A stretch of DNA of 64,000 bases from a bacterium (lineage in GTDB: Bacteria; Patescibacteriota; Patescibacteriia; JACQRZ01). The position numbers and the translations under genes were made by a program. Location of the stretch: the NCBI GenBank assembly GCA_030688365.1, contig JAUYIE010000004.1, positions 5,931-69,930 on the forward strand. Direction: 5' to 3'. The notes beneath the pieces are model-generated. The model searched no databases. It was not told the origin of the DNA and saw nothing but the letters and a program-made list of their open reading frames with translations. Position 1 is the stretch's first letter, and every line of letters begins with the position of its first letter. Of this stretch, positions 42,420 to 52,617 are shown piece by piece.

Positions 42420-42674
42420 TTAATTCAATTTAAGAATTGCTTTTGCGCCAGGAAACTGATCTTTGACTTTGCCGGTACGTGTAAGATAGTCTAGCTTATC
42501 TTGGATTTTTTTGCGTCGTAATGCAGTTTCTTTCAACGCGCGTTTATTTTTTCCACGTTGAAAAAAGCGGATTTTACGCGCCTGTAACACGCGACCACTT
42601 AGTTTGACATCACTAGTGAATCTTCGATAAAAACTTTCAAATGATTCCTTTGGTTTGCGTTTGACTTCAGACAT
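42420..42674 (-). CDS. rpsU: 30S ribosomal protein S21
   Basis: 84 aa basic protein. FYRRFTSDVKLSGRVLQARKIRFFQRGKNKR resembles the S21 core. Confidence 0.75.
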   Translation of the reverse strand: MSEVKRKPKESFESFYRRFTSDVKLSGRVLQARKIRFFQRGKNKRALKETALRRKKIQDKLDYLTRTGKVKDQFPGAKAILKLN

Positions 42675-42699
42675 GTAAATTCACCTCACTTTCATTTGG

Positions 42700-44097
42700 C
42701 TACAAATTAGATTGCGGGTCTTCTGACACAGACTCCATTTTCTTCTTTAATATAGGGACAATTTTTTTTATGTCAACTACTTCTTGTTCTCCACCCTCCA
42801 TATTTCTGATAATAATCGTACCATCCAGAAGCTCTTTTTGCCCTAAAATCAAAGTAAAACGAACATTTAGCTTATTTGCAAGCTCAAGTTGTGCCTTTAA
42901 ACTGTCCTTTGCAAATCCTTCAGCAACGGCAAATTCTTCACTGACTAAATTTTCATACAAGACCATAGACTGACGTTTTGCTTGTTCACCTAGTTGAGCA
43001 AAAAAGATATCAACAGGAGCACGAACAGGCAATACAGACTCATCACCATCATGTATCATTTGTTTCAATCGATTGACGATACGTTCTATTCCCAAACCAA
43101 ATCCGCATCCAGGTGTAGGTCTTCCCCCCAGAACCTCAATGAGATTGTCATACCTCCCTCCACCTCCCAATGCCAATCCAGGGACTTCTTCTTCCTCTTG
43201 TAGAAGATAAAATTCAAAAACAGTACGCGTATAATAATCAAACCCTCGTACAAGATAGGAATTCAAGGAATATGGAATCTCAAGGACATCCAAAAATTCC
43301 AATACCTTTTCAAAGTGCGTTTTACATTCATCACACAAATAATCTACTATTTGCGGTGCACCATTTTTTATAGGTTGACATTGTTCTACTTTACAATCAA
43401 GAAGACGTAATGGGTTCTTTGTTAAGCGTCGTTTGCAATCTTCACAAACATGAGAACGTTTTGACTTATAATATTCAGTAAGTTCTTCCTTATATACTCC
43501 TCTACAAACCAAACATCCAATACTGTTGATTTGCAACATCACAGGAATAGACAATGTCTTATATAATTTATATGCGATTAAAATAAGTTGCGCGTCCACT
43601 GCCGGATTTGATTCACCAATAACTTCACAATCAAATTGATTGTGCTGTCGATAACGATCTGCTTGTGGCTTTTCGTGACGAAATAATGAACCGATAGAGT
43701 ACATTTTAATAGGTTGTGGCATATTCCACATTCCATGTTCAATGTATGCGCGCGCGACGCCGGCAGTAAACTCTGGACGCATTGTTACGCTGTCACCTCC
43801 TAGATCAGTAAACGTATACATTTCCTTCTCAACAATGTCAGTAAGTTTACCAACACTGTGTGTATACAATGATGTTGGTTCCAGAATCGGTGTATCGATG
43901 CGTTCAAAACCATATTGTGTCGCAATCATACGTGCGGTATCTCGAATATGCTCCCACATTGCTTGATCAATCGGTAATACATCTTTCATTCCTTTTATCA
44001 ATTGCGGAGTTTTGGACATGGTCTGCAACTGTATCGTTGGTGATACAGGTACAATGCTGGGCTCATCATCTGCATCATTTTTCTTTTTTTTAGGCAT
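42700..44097 (-). CDS. hisS: Histidyl-tRNA synthetase
   Basis: Class II motif 2 (FRHEKPQADRYRQHNQFDCEVIG). HisRS anticodon-binding C-terminus. Confidence 0.9.
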   Translation of the reverse strand: MPKKKKNDADDEPSIVPVSPTIQLQTMSKTPQLIKGMKDVLPIDQAMWEHIRDTARMIATQYGFERIDTPILEPTSLYTHSVGKLTDIVEKEMYTFTDLGGDSVTMRPEFTAGVARAYIEHGMWNMPQPIKMYSIGSLFRHEKPQADRYRQHNQFDCEVIGESNPAVDAQLILIAYKLYKTLSIPVMLQINSIGCLVCRGVYKEELTEYYKSKRSHVCEDCKRRLTKNPLRLLDCKVEQCQPIKNGAPQIVDYLCDECKTHFEKVLEFLDVLEIPYSLNSYLVRGFDYYTRTVFEFYLLQEEEEVPGLALGGGGRYDNLIEVLGGRPTPGCGFGLGIERIVNRLKQMIHDGDESVLPVRAPVDIFFAQLGEQAKRQSMVLYENLVSEEFAVAEGFAKDSLKAQLELANKLNVRFTLILGQKELLDGTIIIRNMEGGEQEVVDIKKIVPILKKKMESVSEDPQSNL

Positions 44098-44116
44098 ATA
44101 TTTTTAAAAGTAAATG

Positions 44117-44773
44117 TTATTTGTAAGAGAGAATCGCGCTTGAGAGTCCGGACGTAACGATGTTGGTATTATATTGTGGTTTGAGAAAAAAATGAAACTT
44201 ATCTATAGGCAGGCCTCGCAATACTACCCTGCCAACGATCGCCGATGGTTTGATAGGGCCAAATCGCCGAGAGTCATAACTTACTGGACGATTATCACCA
44301 AGGACAAAGTACTCGTCATTTTGTAATGTTGTACGTACGCCTGGAGATACGCCGTGCAGTGGGGTATACTCACTCTCATCCAACAAAATTCCGTCGGGAT
44401 GTTCTATATTAAAAATTGTAACTGCATCATCGGTTACATCTACTGTTTCTCCCGGTAATCCGACAACACGCTTGATAAAATATTTTCTATCACCTTCATT
44501 ATGTGCAAAAACGACTACATCTCCGCGTGCAGGTTTTCTAAAATGATAGGATATTTCATCAACCAATAAATAATCATTACCGTCAAATGTTGGGTACATG
44601 GACAATCCCTTTACATAAAAAGGTTGAACCACAAAAAGTCGAATTGGCAAAATGATTGCCGAGGCAATGATGACAATCTTAATCAATTCGCCTACATATT
44701 CAGCAACATGTCCCCACGACGTAGTTGATGTTTTTTTTAATGATGTAAAATCCATGAAACAATCACTATACAA
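44117..44773 (-). CDS. lepB: Signal peptidase I
   Basis: Box B/C/D/E motifs (GLSMYPT, IKRVVGLPGE, GDNRPVSYDSR). Confidence 0.85.
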   Translation of the reverse strand: MYSDCFMDFTSLKKTSTTSWGHVAEYVGELIKIVIIASAIILPIRLFVVQPFYVKGLSMYPTFDGNDYLLVDEISYHFRKPARGDVVVFAHNEGDRKYFIKRVVGLPGETVDVTDDAVTIFNIEHPDGILLDESEYTPLHGVSPGVRTTLQNDEYFVLGDNRPVSYDSRRFGPIKPSAIVGRVVLRGLPIDKFHFFLKPQYNTNIVTSGLSSAILSYK

Positions 44774-44830
44774 ATAGAACTATATAATATCGCGCTATCA
44801 TACAAATATAAAGTATACTCTCGTAGTCTA

Positions 44831-44906
44831 TGGTGGGCCCGAGAGGAATTGAACCTCTGACCTTTCGGATGTGAACCGAACGCTCTAACCCCTGAGCTAC
44901 GAGCCC
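44831..44906 (-). tRNA. tRNA-Val (anticodon CAC)
   Basis: Reverse-complement cloverleaf: GGGCTCG acceptor, anticodon stem TTCGG/CCGAA, loop UUCACAU. CCA encoded. Confidence 0.85.
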
Positions 44907-44982
44907 AAACCGGATTGCATCCACCTCTGTAGTGATACACCTATAATATCACGCAATATGTCGTATTGCAAGGTATACGCTT

Positions 44983-46440
44983 TTGGCCTATACTGTCTTA
45001 AGTATGAAACAGGTTCACATCAATCTTTTAGACGCATCAGTAGCGTCCTCGTATACTGCGCCAGCCATTGCACTTCAACCTCATAAAACGCGCCGTTCGC
45101 TGACGACAAAACTTCTAATTATCATGTTTGGTATCAGTTTGTTTACAAGTGGTGCCTCTGTTTTTTCGTACCAAACTTCTCAAAACAGCGAATCAGGCGT
45201 TGGTGCATTTGGCACATTACACCTTTTTGGCACATTGCTGAATTTTTCAGAACATGCGGATAAACTACTTGACGGAGAAAGAGATGGACGCATCAACATT
45301 TTATTATTGGGAATTGGTGGAGAAGGCCATGATGGCGCAAATCTCACCGATACGATCATGATTGCCAGTATTGATCCTCAAACAAGTCAAGTGGCACTAG
45401 TATCTCTTCCCCGTGATTTGTTGGTCAGTATTCCCGGATATGGGTGGAATAAAATCAATAATGCACATGCGTACGGCGAGGCACAACGGCCCGGATATGG
45501 TCCTGAATTGGCGGCACAAGTAGTTAGTTCCACATTGCATATACCTATCAATTACTATGTCCGCGTTGATTTCAGTGGATTTGAAAGAGCTGTTGACTTA
45601 GTGGGGGGTGTTGATGTCGTAGTAGATCAACCGTTCACTGATTATACATACCCAACACTAGACAAAAAATATCAAACGGTACACTTTGATGCTGGACCAC
45701 AGTTATTGAATGGTATTCATGCACTGCAGTTCGTACGTTCACGCCATAGTATGATGAATAATGAAGGTTCAGATTTTGCCCGTAGCAAACGTCAACAAAA
45801 AGTAATCATGGCTCTCAAAGACCGAATACTTTCAAAAGCTTTTTTGCTTAATCCACAAAATATAAACGAGTTACTTTCAACATTGGACCAAAACGTCATA
45901 ACTAATATGCAAACATGGGAGATATTAAAGTTAGCAAAATATGCGCCTTCAATTAAGTACGATAATCTCATAACACTTGTTTTTGACGACGGAGTGCCGG
46001 GATATCTTCACTCTGCCATCACTGATGAAGGTGCATATATTCTTCGGCCAAATGATGGGACATTTAATGCTATGAGTCTCGCAGTACAAAACATTTTTGA
46101 TACTCTTACTACTGCTCAAGACAAGACAAAACTCTCGCCTACTCTTATTGTGAAAAATGGCACTCACATCACTGGCCTGGCATCAAAAGTATCTGATGAG
46201 CTCAAATTAGCCGGCTTTGACGTCGCATATGTGGGAAACTCTATTGATCAAACACAGACAAAAAATATTATCTATGATTTTACATACGGAAAAAAAGATG
46301 AGGCGCTTACGCGATTAAAGAAAAAACTAAATGCAAACGTGATTGTTGGTACGTCGCCAGAAACAGATGCAAATAGTGCAAATGTAGATTTTCTTATCGT
46401 CCTTGGCTCTATGATCTCCAGCAGTCAATCTAGTAACTAA
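44983..46440 (+). CDS. LytR-CpsA-Psr (LCP) family cell-envelope phosphotransferase
   Basis: N-terminal TM. LCP core (GANLTDTIMIASIDP...SLPRDL). Confidence 0.85.
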   Translation: MAYTVLSMKQVHINLLDASVASSYTAPAIALQPHKTRRSLTTKLLIIMFGISLFTSGASVFSYQTSQNSESGVGAFGTLHLFGTLLNFSEHADKLLDGERDGRINILLLGIGGEGHDGANLTDTIMIASIDPQTSQVALVSLPRDLLVSIPGYGWNKINNAHAYGEAQRPGYGPELAAQVVSSTLHIPINYYVRVDFSGFERAVDLVGGVDVVVDQPFTDYTYPTLDKKYQTVHFDAGPQLLNGIHALQFVRSRHSMMNNEGSDFARSKRQQKVIMALKDRILSKAFLLNPQNINELLSTLDQNVITNMQTWEILKLAKYAPSIKYDNLITLVFDDGVPGYLHSAITDEGAYILRPNDGTFNAMSLAVQNIFDTLTTAQDKTKLSPTLIVKNGTHITGLASKVSDELKLAGFDVAYVGNSIDQTQTKNIIYDFTYGKKDEALTRLKKKLNANVIVGTSPETDANSANVDFLIVLGSMISSSQSSN

Positions 46441-47789
46441 GGCAATACTTGCAGAGTAAAAATACCATTATTTCCATCTTGAGTTCCTGCAATCAGGAGT
46501 GTTTTTTTATCCGACAACATACGAAGCGCTTCAACATGGTCAAATGTTGCGATGATATATCGATTGGAGGATGGATTATCACTGTTTTCAAGGGCAATGA
46601 TATCGTGTCCACGGCTTACAAAAAAAATATACGGTATAGTTGGTTCAATTGTCACATCGCTGATGCCGTCGCTCTCTCTGGTGATAAGATTTTTTGAAAC
46701 TGCATTTTTACTTATATAATATCTATTCATTTCAATATCATTATTTCCTACATAAGTATTCTCATCATATACCGTGACGTGAGTCATCTTCTCAAGATCT
46801 ACAATATGAGGTACTGCGTCGTGAGTATCATATATAAATGATGACCCATCAGATCCTTTAATAAGTAAATCACTGGCTGATACATCGCCAAATATCGCTT
46901 GTTTGACAGGAAGATGCGCACGACTCTGTGCAGGTGAGTTGCTTTGTCCCGTTGCAATCATATCCACTGAAACTCCGTTGGTATCGCGTGAGAGAAAATA
47001 TAGATTTGATCCGGAGACAACACAATCAAATACTTCTCTATCATGGACAACAATTTTTTGAGAAATATCCGGATGCACAATAATCCCCTTACCTCCACAA
47101 CTGTATAAAATACCGTGATTATCGAATGCCAAATGATCAGCAAGAGCGATATCAATGCGTACACTGGGTGCCAAAGGATTATTTACATCATATCGATACC
47201 AGGCCACATCATTTTGTACAAATATAAATGCACCGTCCGGAGAAATTTTTATATTGGCTATTTTTTTCTGTGTTAAATCTAGCGTAGTCAACGTGTCAGT
47301 TTTGATGTTCAAAAGTGACAATCCTTGAGATGTTGAGACAACAAAAGATGATTTATTCAATGGAATCATAGTATCAACTGCGGACACATCAGTAATACGA
47401 GAAGGGGAGCTTTGTTTTAATAATACTATGTCGTTAAAAAATGCGGTCTTACCAACTTGTACCTCAATATCACGTCTAAAATCAAAATAAGAGTCTTTAG
47501 ATAGGATGACATGATAAACACCAGGTAATACATAGGTAATACGCTGTGGTGTTTTAAATGGTTTACGAGGTAAAACACTTCGTTGCCAAAAAGAACCAGT
47601 TGTTGCAGTACCCAATGAGATACTCGCCCCTGAAGGATCTGATGATGCATAGATCACACCTGTTTTTTCAAACCATCCAGAGTCTATGTTGAAACGATAC
47701 CCATTTGCGTACAACAAAAGTCCTATTGCACTAATAGCAAATGATAAAGCAAAGATAGAAAAAATGATTCGACGAATCCACAACCGCAT
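46437..47789 (-). CDS. Membrane-anchored hypothetical protein (beta-propeller-like)
   Basis: 450 aa. N-terminal TM. No recognisable catalytic motif. Confidence 0.5.
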   Translation of the reverse strand: MRLWIRRIIFSIFALSFAISAIGLLLYANGYRFNIDSGWFEKTGVIYASSDPSGASISLGTATTGSFWQRSVLPRKPFKTPQRITYVLPGVYHVILSKDSYFDFRRDIEVQVGKTAFFNDIVLLKQSSPSRITDVSAVDTMIPLNKSSFVVSTSQGLSLLNIKTDTLTTLDLTQKKIANIKISPDGAFIFVQNDVAWYRYDVNNPLAPSVRIDIALADHLAFDNHGILYSCGGKGIIVHPDISQKIVVHDREVFDCVVSGSNLYFLSRDTNGVSVDMIATGQSNSPAQSRAHLPVKQAIFGDVSASDLLIKGSDGSSFIYDTHDAVPHIVDLEKMTHVTVYDENTYVGNNDIEMNRYYISKNAVSKNLITRESDGISDVTIEPTIPYIFFVSRGHDIIALENSDNPSSNRYIIATFDHVEALRMLSDKKTLLIAGTQDGNNGIFTLQVLP

Positions 47790-47800
47790 AGATAATTGTA

Positions 47801-49288
47801 TTATACCTCTCTTAGTTGTGCGCGTATATGGCTACGTGCACAGGTCGTTTTAACAAACGCCAACCAATCTACGTTTGGTTTTTTTCTATTTTTATCAGTA
47901 AGGATTTCCACCACATCACCACTTTGAAGCGTGCTATCTAATGATGCCATAGTGTCATTTATCTTTGCCCCGACACAATGCATACCAACATCCGTGTGAA
48001 TACGATATGCAAAATCAACTGGTGTAGATTGTTCAGGTAGATTGATAACGTCTCCTTGGGGAGTAAATACAAAAATACGATCTCCAAATGCATCAAGTTT
48101 TAATGAAGACAGATATTCACTATCATTATCTACATTTTGAGGTAAGGAAATAATCTCCTCAATCCATTCCGTATCCTTTGTTGGAGTAGTCGCTCGTTTG
48201 CCAGACTCGTCATAGTGCCAATGAGCGGCAATACCAAATTTTGCTTCCTGATCCATCTCTCTCGTCCGTATTTGGAATTCTACTATTTCTCCGCCTTCAC
48301 AAAAAATGGTCGTATGCAACCCACGATAGTTATTTGCCTTTGGCTGTGTTATGTAATCTTTGATGCGTCCCGGAAGTGGTTTCCAGTGTTGATGAATGAT
48401 ACCAAGCACCGCGTAGCAATCAGCAATAGTATCCACGATAATCCGCAATGCGACTAAATCATATAATCCAGAAACTTGCGTGCTATTTTTTGTCTGTAAC
48501 TTTTTGTAAATACTGAAAAGATTTTTGACCCGACTGACGATTTGAAAATTTTTAATTCCATTTACATCTAGATCTTCACTCGCTATTTCCTCTATATGGC
48601 GCAAGTATTCTTCCTTTTTATCAAGTATTGGCTCTACTTGTGCGCGCAATGTATCATAACCCTGCGGGTCAACGTATTTAAAAGCTAAGTCCTCTAATTG
48701 TGTTTTAATTCTTCCCATACCAAGCCGGTTTGCGATGGGAACATAGATTTCCAGTACCTCTTGGGCGATACGATCTCTCTTTTCTACCGGAAGTGCATCC
48801 AGTGTCTTGAGATTATCCAACCGATCAGCAAATTTAATCACAATAATACGAATATCTTTTGCCATCGCGATAAACATTTTGCGTAGATTTTCCGCATATT
48901 TTTCAACACCTCTATATTTCATGAGTCCCAATTTTGAGACACCTTCCACCAACACTGCGACATCCTTACCAAACTGCTTTGATAACTCATCAATCGTAAT
49001 GGATGTCTCATCAGTAATCTCATGCAAAAGACCCGCAATAATCGTCGGCGTATCCATTTGCATTGTCGCTAAAGTGTACGAGGTTGCCAAACAGTGTTGA
49101 ATAAAATCCTCTCCGTTTAAACGCTGGTGTCCTCTATGTGCATCATCGGCAAATTCGTAGGCAAGCATAAGTAAGTCTTCATCAACATGAGGATTATATT
49201 CTTTTATTTTTGCAATGAGATCTGAAAACTGCATAAGTATAGTATACCGTGTTTGGTGTATGATAGAGAAAAATTGAATGAAAGTCAA
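47801..49288 (-). CDS. rel: Bifunctional (p)ppGpp synthetase/hydrolase (RelA/SpoT family)
   Basis: HD hydrolase domain (HLLHEITDE). RelA/SpoT synthetase domain. TGS domain. Confidence 0.85.
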   Translation of the reverse strand: MTFIQFFSIIHQTRYTILMQFSDLIAKIKEYNPHVDEDLLMLAYEFADDAHRGHQRLNGEDFIQHCLATSYTLATMQMDTPTIIAGLLHEITDETSITIDELSKQFGKDVAVLVEGVSKLGLMKYRGVEKYAENLRKMFIAMAKDIRIIVIKFADRLDNLKTLDALPVEKRDRIAQEVLEIYVPIANRLGMGRIKTQLEDLAFKYVDPQGYDTLRAQVEPILDKKEEYLRHIEEIASEDLDVNGIKNFQIVSRVKNLFSIYKKLQTKNSTQVSGLYDLVALRIIVDTIADCYAVLGIIHQHWKPLPGRIKDYITQPKANNYRGLHTTIFCEGGEIVEFQIRTREMDQEAKFGIAAHWHYDESGKRATTPTKDTEWIEEIISLPQNVDNDSEYLSSLKLDAFGDRIFVFTPQGDVINLPEQSTPVDFAYRIHTDVGMHCVGAKINDTMASLDSTLQSGDVVEILTDKNRKKPNVDWLAFVKTTCARSHIRAQLREV

Positions 49289-49369
49289 TGATCTTCATGT
49301 TCATTGTCCTATTGACCATATACATGAAAACCAGTATTATACAACCACTATAACTCTTAAATTTTTTAT

Positions 49370-49966
49370 ATGGATGACGAAATGGAAATCTTTGATCCAT
49401 CAGGACCAATGATTGGCATGAATGTGCCTGATCTGACACTCAATGCCTACCAAGACGGCAAGTTTATGCCGATCAAATTGACAGATTATAAGGGAAAGTG
49501 GCTTGTATTGTTTTTTTACCCTGCCAACTTTACGTTTGTCTGTCCAACTGAACTGGAAGAAATGGCGGATCATTATGAAGAAATCAAAGCGCTGGGCGCA
49601 GAAGTCTTAAGCGTAAGCACTGACACCGAGTTTAGCCACATGGCGTGGCATGATTCTTCACCGGCGATTGGCAAAGTAAATTTTCCAATGGTAGCCGATC
49701 CCACCGGTATGTTGTGTCAAGAATTGGGCACCTATATCTATGACGAAGGACTTTCTTTACGTGGCACATTTATTTTTGATCCGGAAGGCACACTCAAATC
49801 ATTTGAAATGAATGACAACAGTATCGGGCGCAGTGCTACCGAACTCATCCGTAAACTCAAAGCGGCAATCTTTGTGAAAGAGCACCCCGGGCAAGTATGT
49901 CCTGCCAGTTGGACACCGGGCGCAAAAACATTGACCCCCGGACCTGATTTAGTGGGGAAGATTTAG
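49370..49966 (+). CDS. Peroxiredoxin (AhpC/Prx1, typical 2-Cys)
   Basis: FTFVCPTE peroxidatic Cys motif. C-terminal resolving Cys (VCP). Confidence 0.9.
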   Translation: MDDEMEIFDPSGPMIGMNVPDLTLNAYQDGKFMPIKLTDYKGKWLVLFFYPANFTFVCPTELEEMADHYEEIKALGAEVLSVSTDTEFSHMAWHDSSPAIGKVNFPMVADPTGMLCQELGTYIYDEGLSLRGTFIFDPEGTLKSFEMNDNSIGRSATELIRKLKAAIFVKEHPGQVCPASWTPGAKTLTPGPDLVGKI

Positions 49967-50680
49967 TTCCCTATGACGAGGAATGATCTTAAAGACAAGT
50001 ACCATCGCAAGGAGTATCGCAAACCCGCACATGATGGACGCGATCCCGATATGCGCTTGCGTGACTAACACGTATACCACTGCGGTCGGCACCAAAAATG
50101 ACGCATACCCCGCAATCATCCATTGCATCAAGATACTGTCCCCTGTTTTATGTTTTAAACCAATAAATAATTCAACGATCCCCCAGAACAAGATGCCGAG
50201 ATAATACAGACCATACGTCCGATTCACAATACCGTCAGAATGAAACGCGACAAACTTTCCCGCACAGGTGACCGCATTGAGCGCGTCAGGAAGAATAAAA
50301 AACGCAATGGAAAATGCGGTAGCGAGCGCATAGGCAATCCATACGCTCATACGACCGCGAGAGTTTGTCTCCATGCGCACCAGATGCAACCCCAACGGCG
50401 GTAACATCGTGATCGCCACATGCCCGACGCGAAGCCACCACCATATGTCACCCCCCGTGCACATCATGTATTCTGACAGCTGAAAGATGCCAAGACAGAG
50501 AAGCACTGCCCCGACTCCGTATACAAAACGATCCCGCCTGTATCGTGCGAGGATATATACCGCAAAAGCAGTCTCAATAACAAACGTCGCCAGACTGACT
50601 GGCGGCGTGAAGCAATTGAGCTTGATGGAATTATCGGATTTCATGTGTATATATGATACTCCACACCGATACTTTTGCAA
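49949..50680 (-). CDS. Polytopic membrane protein of unknown function
   Basis: 243 aa with about 7 hydrophobic helices. Confidence 0.5.
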   Translation of the reverse strand: MQKYRCGVSYIHMKSDNSIKLNCFTPPVSLATFVIETAFAVYILARYRRDRFVYGVGAVLLCLGIFQLSEYMMCTGGDIWWWLRVGHVAITMLPPLGLHLVRMETNSRGRMSVWIAYALATAFSIAFFILPDALNAVTCAGKFVAFHSDGIVNRTYGLYYLGILFWGIVELFIGLKHKTGDSILMQWMIAGYASFLVPTAVVYVLVTQAHIGIASIMCGFAILLAMVLVFKIIPRHRELNLPH

Positions 50681-50738
50681 CTCCGTCCAAGAAAGACTAT
50701 ACTATTCTCACACGAGCTAATTTTCTAAAGACTCATAT

Positions 50739-51317
50739 ATGTACGAACCGAAAAACTACGATCATCTGATCGGCACACAAGGGTTTAGCGATGTTATGCT
50801 CAAAAACCATTTTACGTTGTATCAAGGGTATGTGACCAACTTTAATAAATTGAATGACACGCTCGTCGCCATAGAAAAGGAAGGGCAATTTGGTACACCC
50901 ATATTCGCCGAGCTCAATCGACGATTCAGCTGGGAATTTAACGGTATGCGATTACATGAGCTCTATTTCGATAACATGAAAAAAGACGGAGAACCAATGA
51001 CCGATGGTGAACTGAAGAAAAACATCATTGCAGAGTGGGAGAGTATGGAAGCCTGGGAAAAAGATTTCAAAGCCATGGGCGCGATGCGTGGTATCGGCTG
51101 GGTGATTCTGTATCATGACAAGGAAGCAAAACGGCTGTTTAATGTCTGGGTAAACGAACACGATGTCGGCCACTTCGCTGGCTGTACTCCCCTTTTGATC
51201 ATGGACGTCTTTGAACACGCGTTTATGATTGATTACGGCCTTAAACGCGCGGATTATATTGCAAGCTTTTGGAACGCGATTGATTGGAGTATCGTGGAAA
51301 AGAGGTTTGAGGAGTAA
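50739..51317 (+). CDS. Fe/Mn superoxide dismutase-like protein
   Basis: C-terminal DVFEHAFMIDY resembles the DVWEHAYY motif. The N-terminal domain is divergent. Confidence 0.75.
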   Translation: MYEPKNYDHLIGTQGFSDVMLKNHFTLYQGYVTNFNKLNDTLVAIEKEGQFGTPIFAELNRRFSWEFNGMRLHELYFDNMKKDGEPMTDGELKKNIIAEWESMEAWEKDFKAMGAMRGIGWVILYHDKEAKRLFNVWVNEHDVGHFAGCTPLLIMDVFEHAFMIDYGLKRADYIASFWNAIDWSIVEKRFEE

Positions 51318-51378
51318 AGATATCTGGAATAGAAAAAAGAGACTCTAATTTTACGAGTCTCTTTTTTTATATAACTTT

Positions 51379-51618
51379 TTACTCAATATAAAAATGACTT
51401 TTTAGCTGTTCTTCTCTGATCCATTTCACGCCTGTTTTATATATCGCGAGTTGTGTACCCCTATCAAGAGAGCTGTGATTGGGAACAACAAGTGTTTCGG
51501 TGTGCCCACGTGTTCTACGCAGTTTGATATGACTTCCTTTTTAAGAAATGACGACAAAACCAAAAGAAACAAAAATAGCAACAAGCTCTTTTCCTGACAT
51601 GACCCTCATTTTAGGCAT
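51379..51618 (-). pseudogene. hicA: hicA toxin gene disrupted by an in-frame TAA (minus strand, codon at + 51541-51543)
   Basis: Minus-strand translation gives MPKMRVMSGKELVAIFVSFGFVVIS-stop-KGSHIKLRRTRGHTETLVVPNHSSLDRGTQLAIYKTGV. This is a HicA fold with the GSH..LRR..G...VVP.H motif. The TAA sits exactly where HicA proteins have Q/K before KGSH. Confidence 0.65.
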
Positions 51619-51892
51619 ATTGAGGCTGGATCTCAAAATTAACCAACACTCCAGGGCGCTGGTCAATGCCATATGCCTCCCTGTCTACTACATCTTCAAA
51701 GAAGAGCTCAATTGCCTCTTCAAGATTGTGAATCACCTCATCAACAGTTTTTCCTTGTGTAAAAACAGGTATATCAATGCACTCGCCCACATAGGCATCT
51801 TCGCCTTTATATATTTTCGCTTGGATGATTTTTTTCATAAAGACTCTGTATTTATCCATGAATACCATAGCAGATGTCTGGTTAATTTGCAA
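51611..51892 (-). CDS. hicB: HicB-family antitoxin (UPF0150)
   Basis: KIYKGEDAYVGECIDIPVFTQGKTVDEVIHNLEEAIELFFE matches the HicB N-terminal fold. Immediately upstream of the hicA remnant. Confidence 0.7.
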   Translation of the reverse strand: MQINQTSAMVFMDKYRVFMKKIIQAKIYKGEDAYVGECIDIPVFTQGKTVDEVIHNLEEAIELFFEDVVDREAYGIDQRPGVLVNFEIQPQYA

Positions 51893-51903
51893 CTTCCTCT
51901 TTC

Positions 51904-52080
51904 TTAAGACTTGTCTGCTAGCCTATCTTTAATGAAACCATTTTTCTTCATAAAATTGACGACCGGTTTTGCACATATTTCACACAATTCCTTTCCATTA
52001 CTAAACCATCCTATGCGGACATATATCACGGCACCGTCGGAAATCTCTTTATGACAAATATCACACTGATGTGTCGTCAT
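51904..52080 (-). CDS. Small zinc-ribbon protein (CxxC...CxxC)
   Basis: MTTHQCDICHKE...CEICAKP, 58 aa from the ATG at 52080. Lies between the hicB and vapC modules. Confidence 0.45.
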   Translation of the reverse strand: MTTHQCDICHKEISDGAVIYVRIGWFSNGKELCEICAKPVVNFMKKNGFIKDRLADKS

Positions 52081-52087
52081 AGACAAG

Positions 52088-52140
52088 CATGTTAATGTTT
52101 AGAATCCAAACGTAGCACACGAAAAAATTGAAGGCAAATG
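52088..52140. repeat. Copy 1 of an approximately 53-bp direct repeat (catgttaatgtttagaa...acgtagcacacgaaaaaa.tga.ggcaaatg), about 85 percent identical to the copy at 52925-52978
   Basis: Direct comparison of the two segments. Together they bracket vapBC. Confidence 0.7.
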
Positions 52141-52197
52141 GAGTTCCGCTGTAGGGAAAAAGGTATGAAAAAAGAGGCTTTTTTATGAGCCTCTTTT

Positions 52198-52617
52198 TTA
52201 TACATCCTTTGGTTCGACACGTCTTACCTTTAACTTTTCAAACTCCTTGTCGTAAGATACCACCACGCCATTCTTGATTTCAAGTACCTGCGCGGCTATC
52301 AAAGTGTCAATGAATTTAACTGAATTCCCTTGATACAATTCGAGAGCTTGGAAAAAATCTCCCCCGTCTTTTATGCTCAAATACGACATTGCCACGATAC
52401 CTCCCAATAATTCAACAACATCTTCTTTTTTGAGTTTGTAGAAACTCAAACATGTCCACACAAACTCTGCCAATACGAGTTTGGAGGTGGTTGCTCGAAG
52501 TGTCCCTTCCTGTATGCGCTCGAATAGTCTTTCACAGTCTTTCGCCATCGCTACGTCATCTTTGACGACAAACCGAAGAAAGATATTGGTGTCAAGGAAG
52601 TATCTATTTCCTTGCAT
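52198..52617 (-). CDS. vapC: PIN-domain toxin VapC
   Basis: FLDTNIF N-terminus and conserved acidic residues of the PIN fold. Overlaps the vapB stop. Confidence 0.85.
   Translation of the reverse strand: MQGNRYFLDTNIFLRFVVKDDVAMAKDCERLFERIQEGTLRATTSKLVLAEFVWTCLSFYKLKKEDVVELLGGIVAMSYLSIKDGGDFFQALELYQGNSVKFIDTLIAAQVLEIKNGVVVSYDKEFEKLKVRRVEPKDV

Noticed and set aside
51541-51543. Alternative genetic code explaining the in-frame stop in hicA
   Set aside because: The stop is TAA, not TGA. All other genes in the window terminate sensibly under the standard code 11. Recoding does not rescue the frame.
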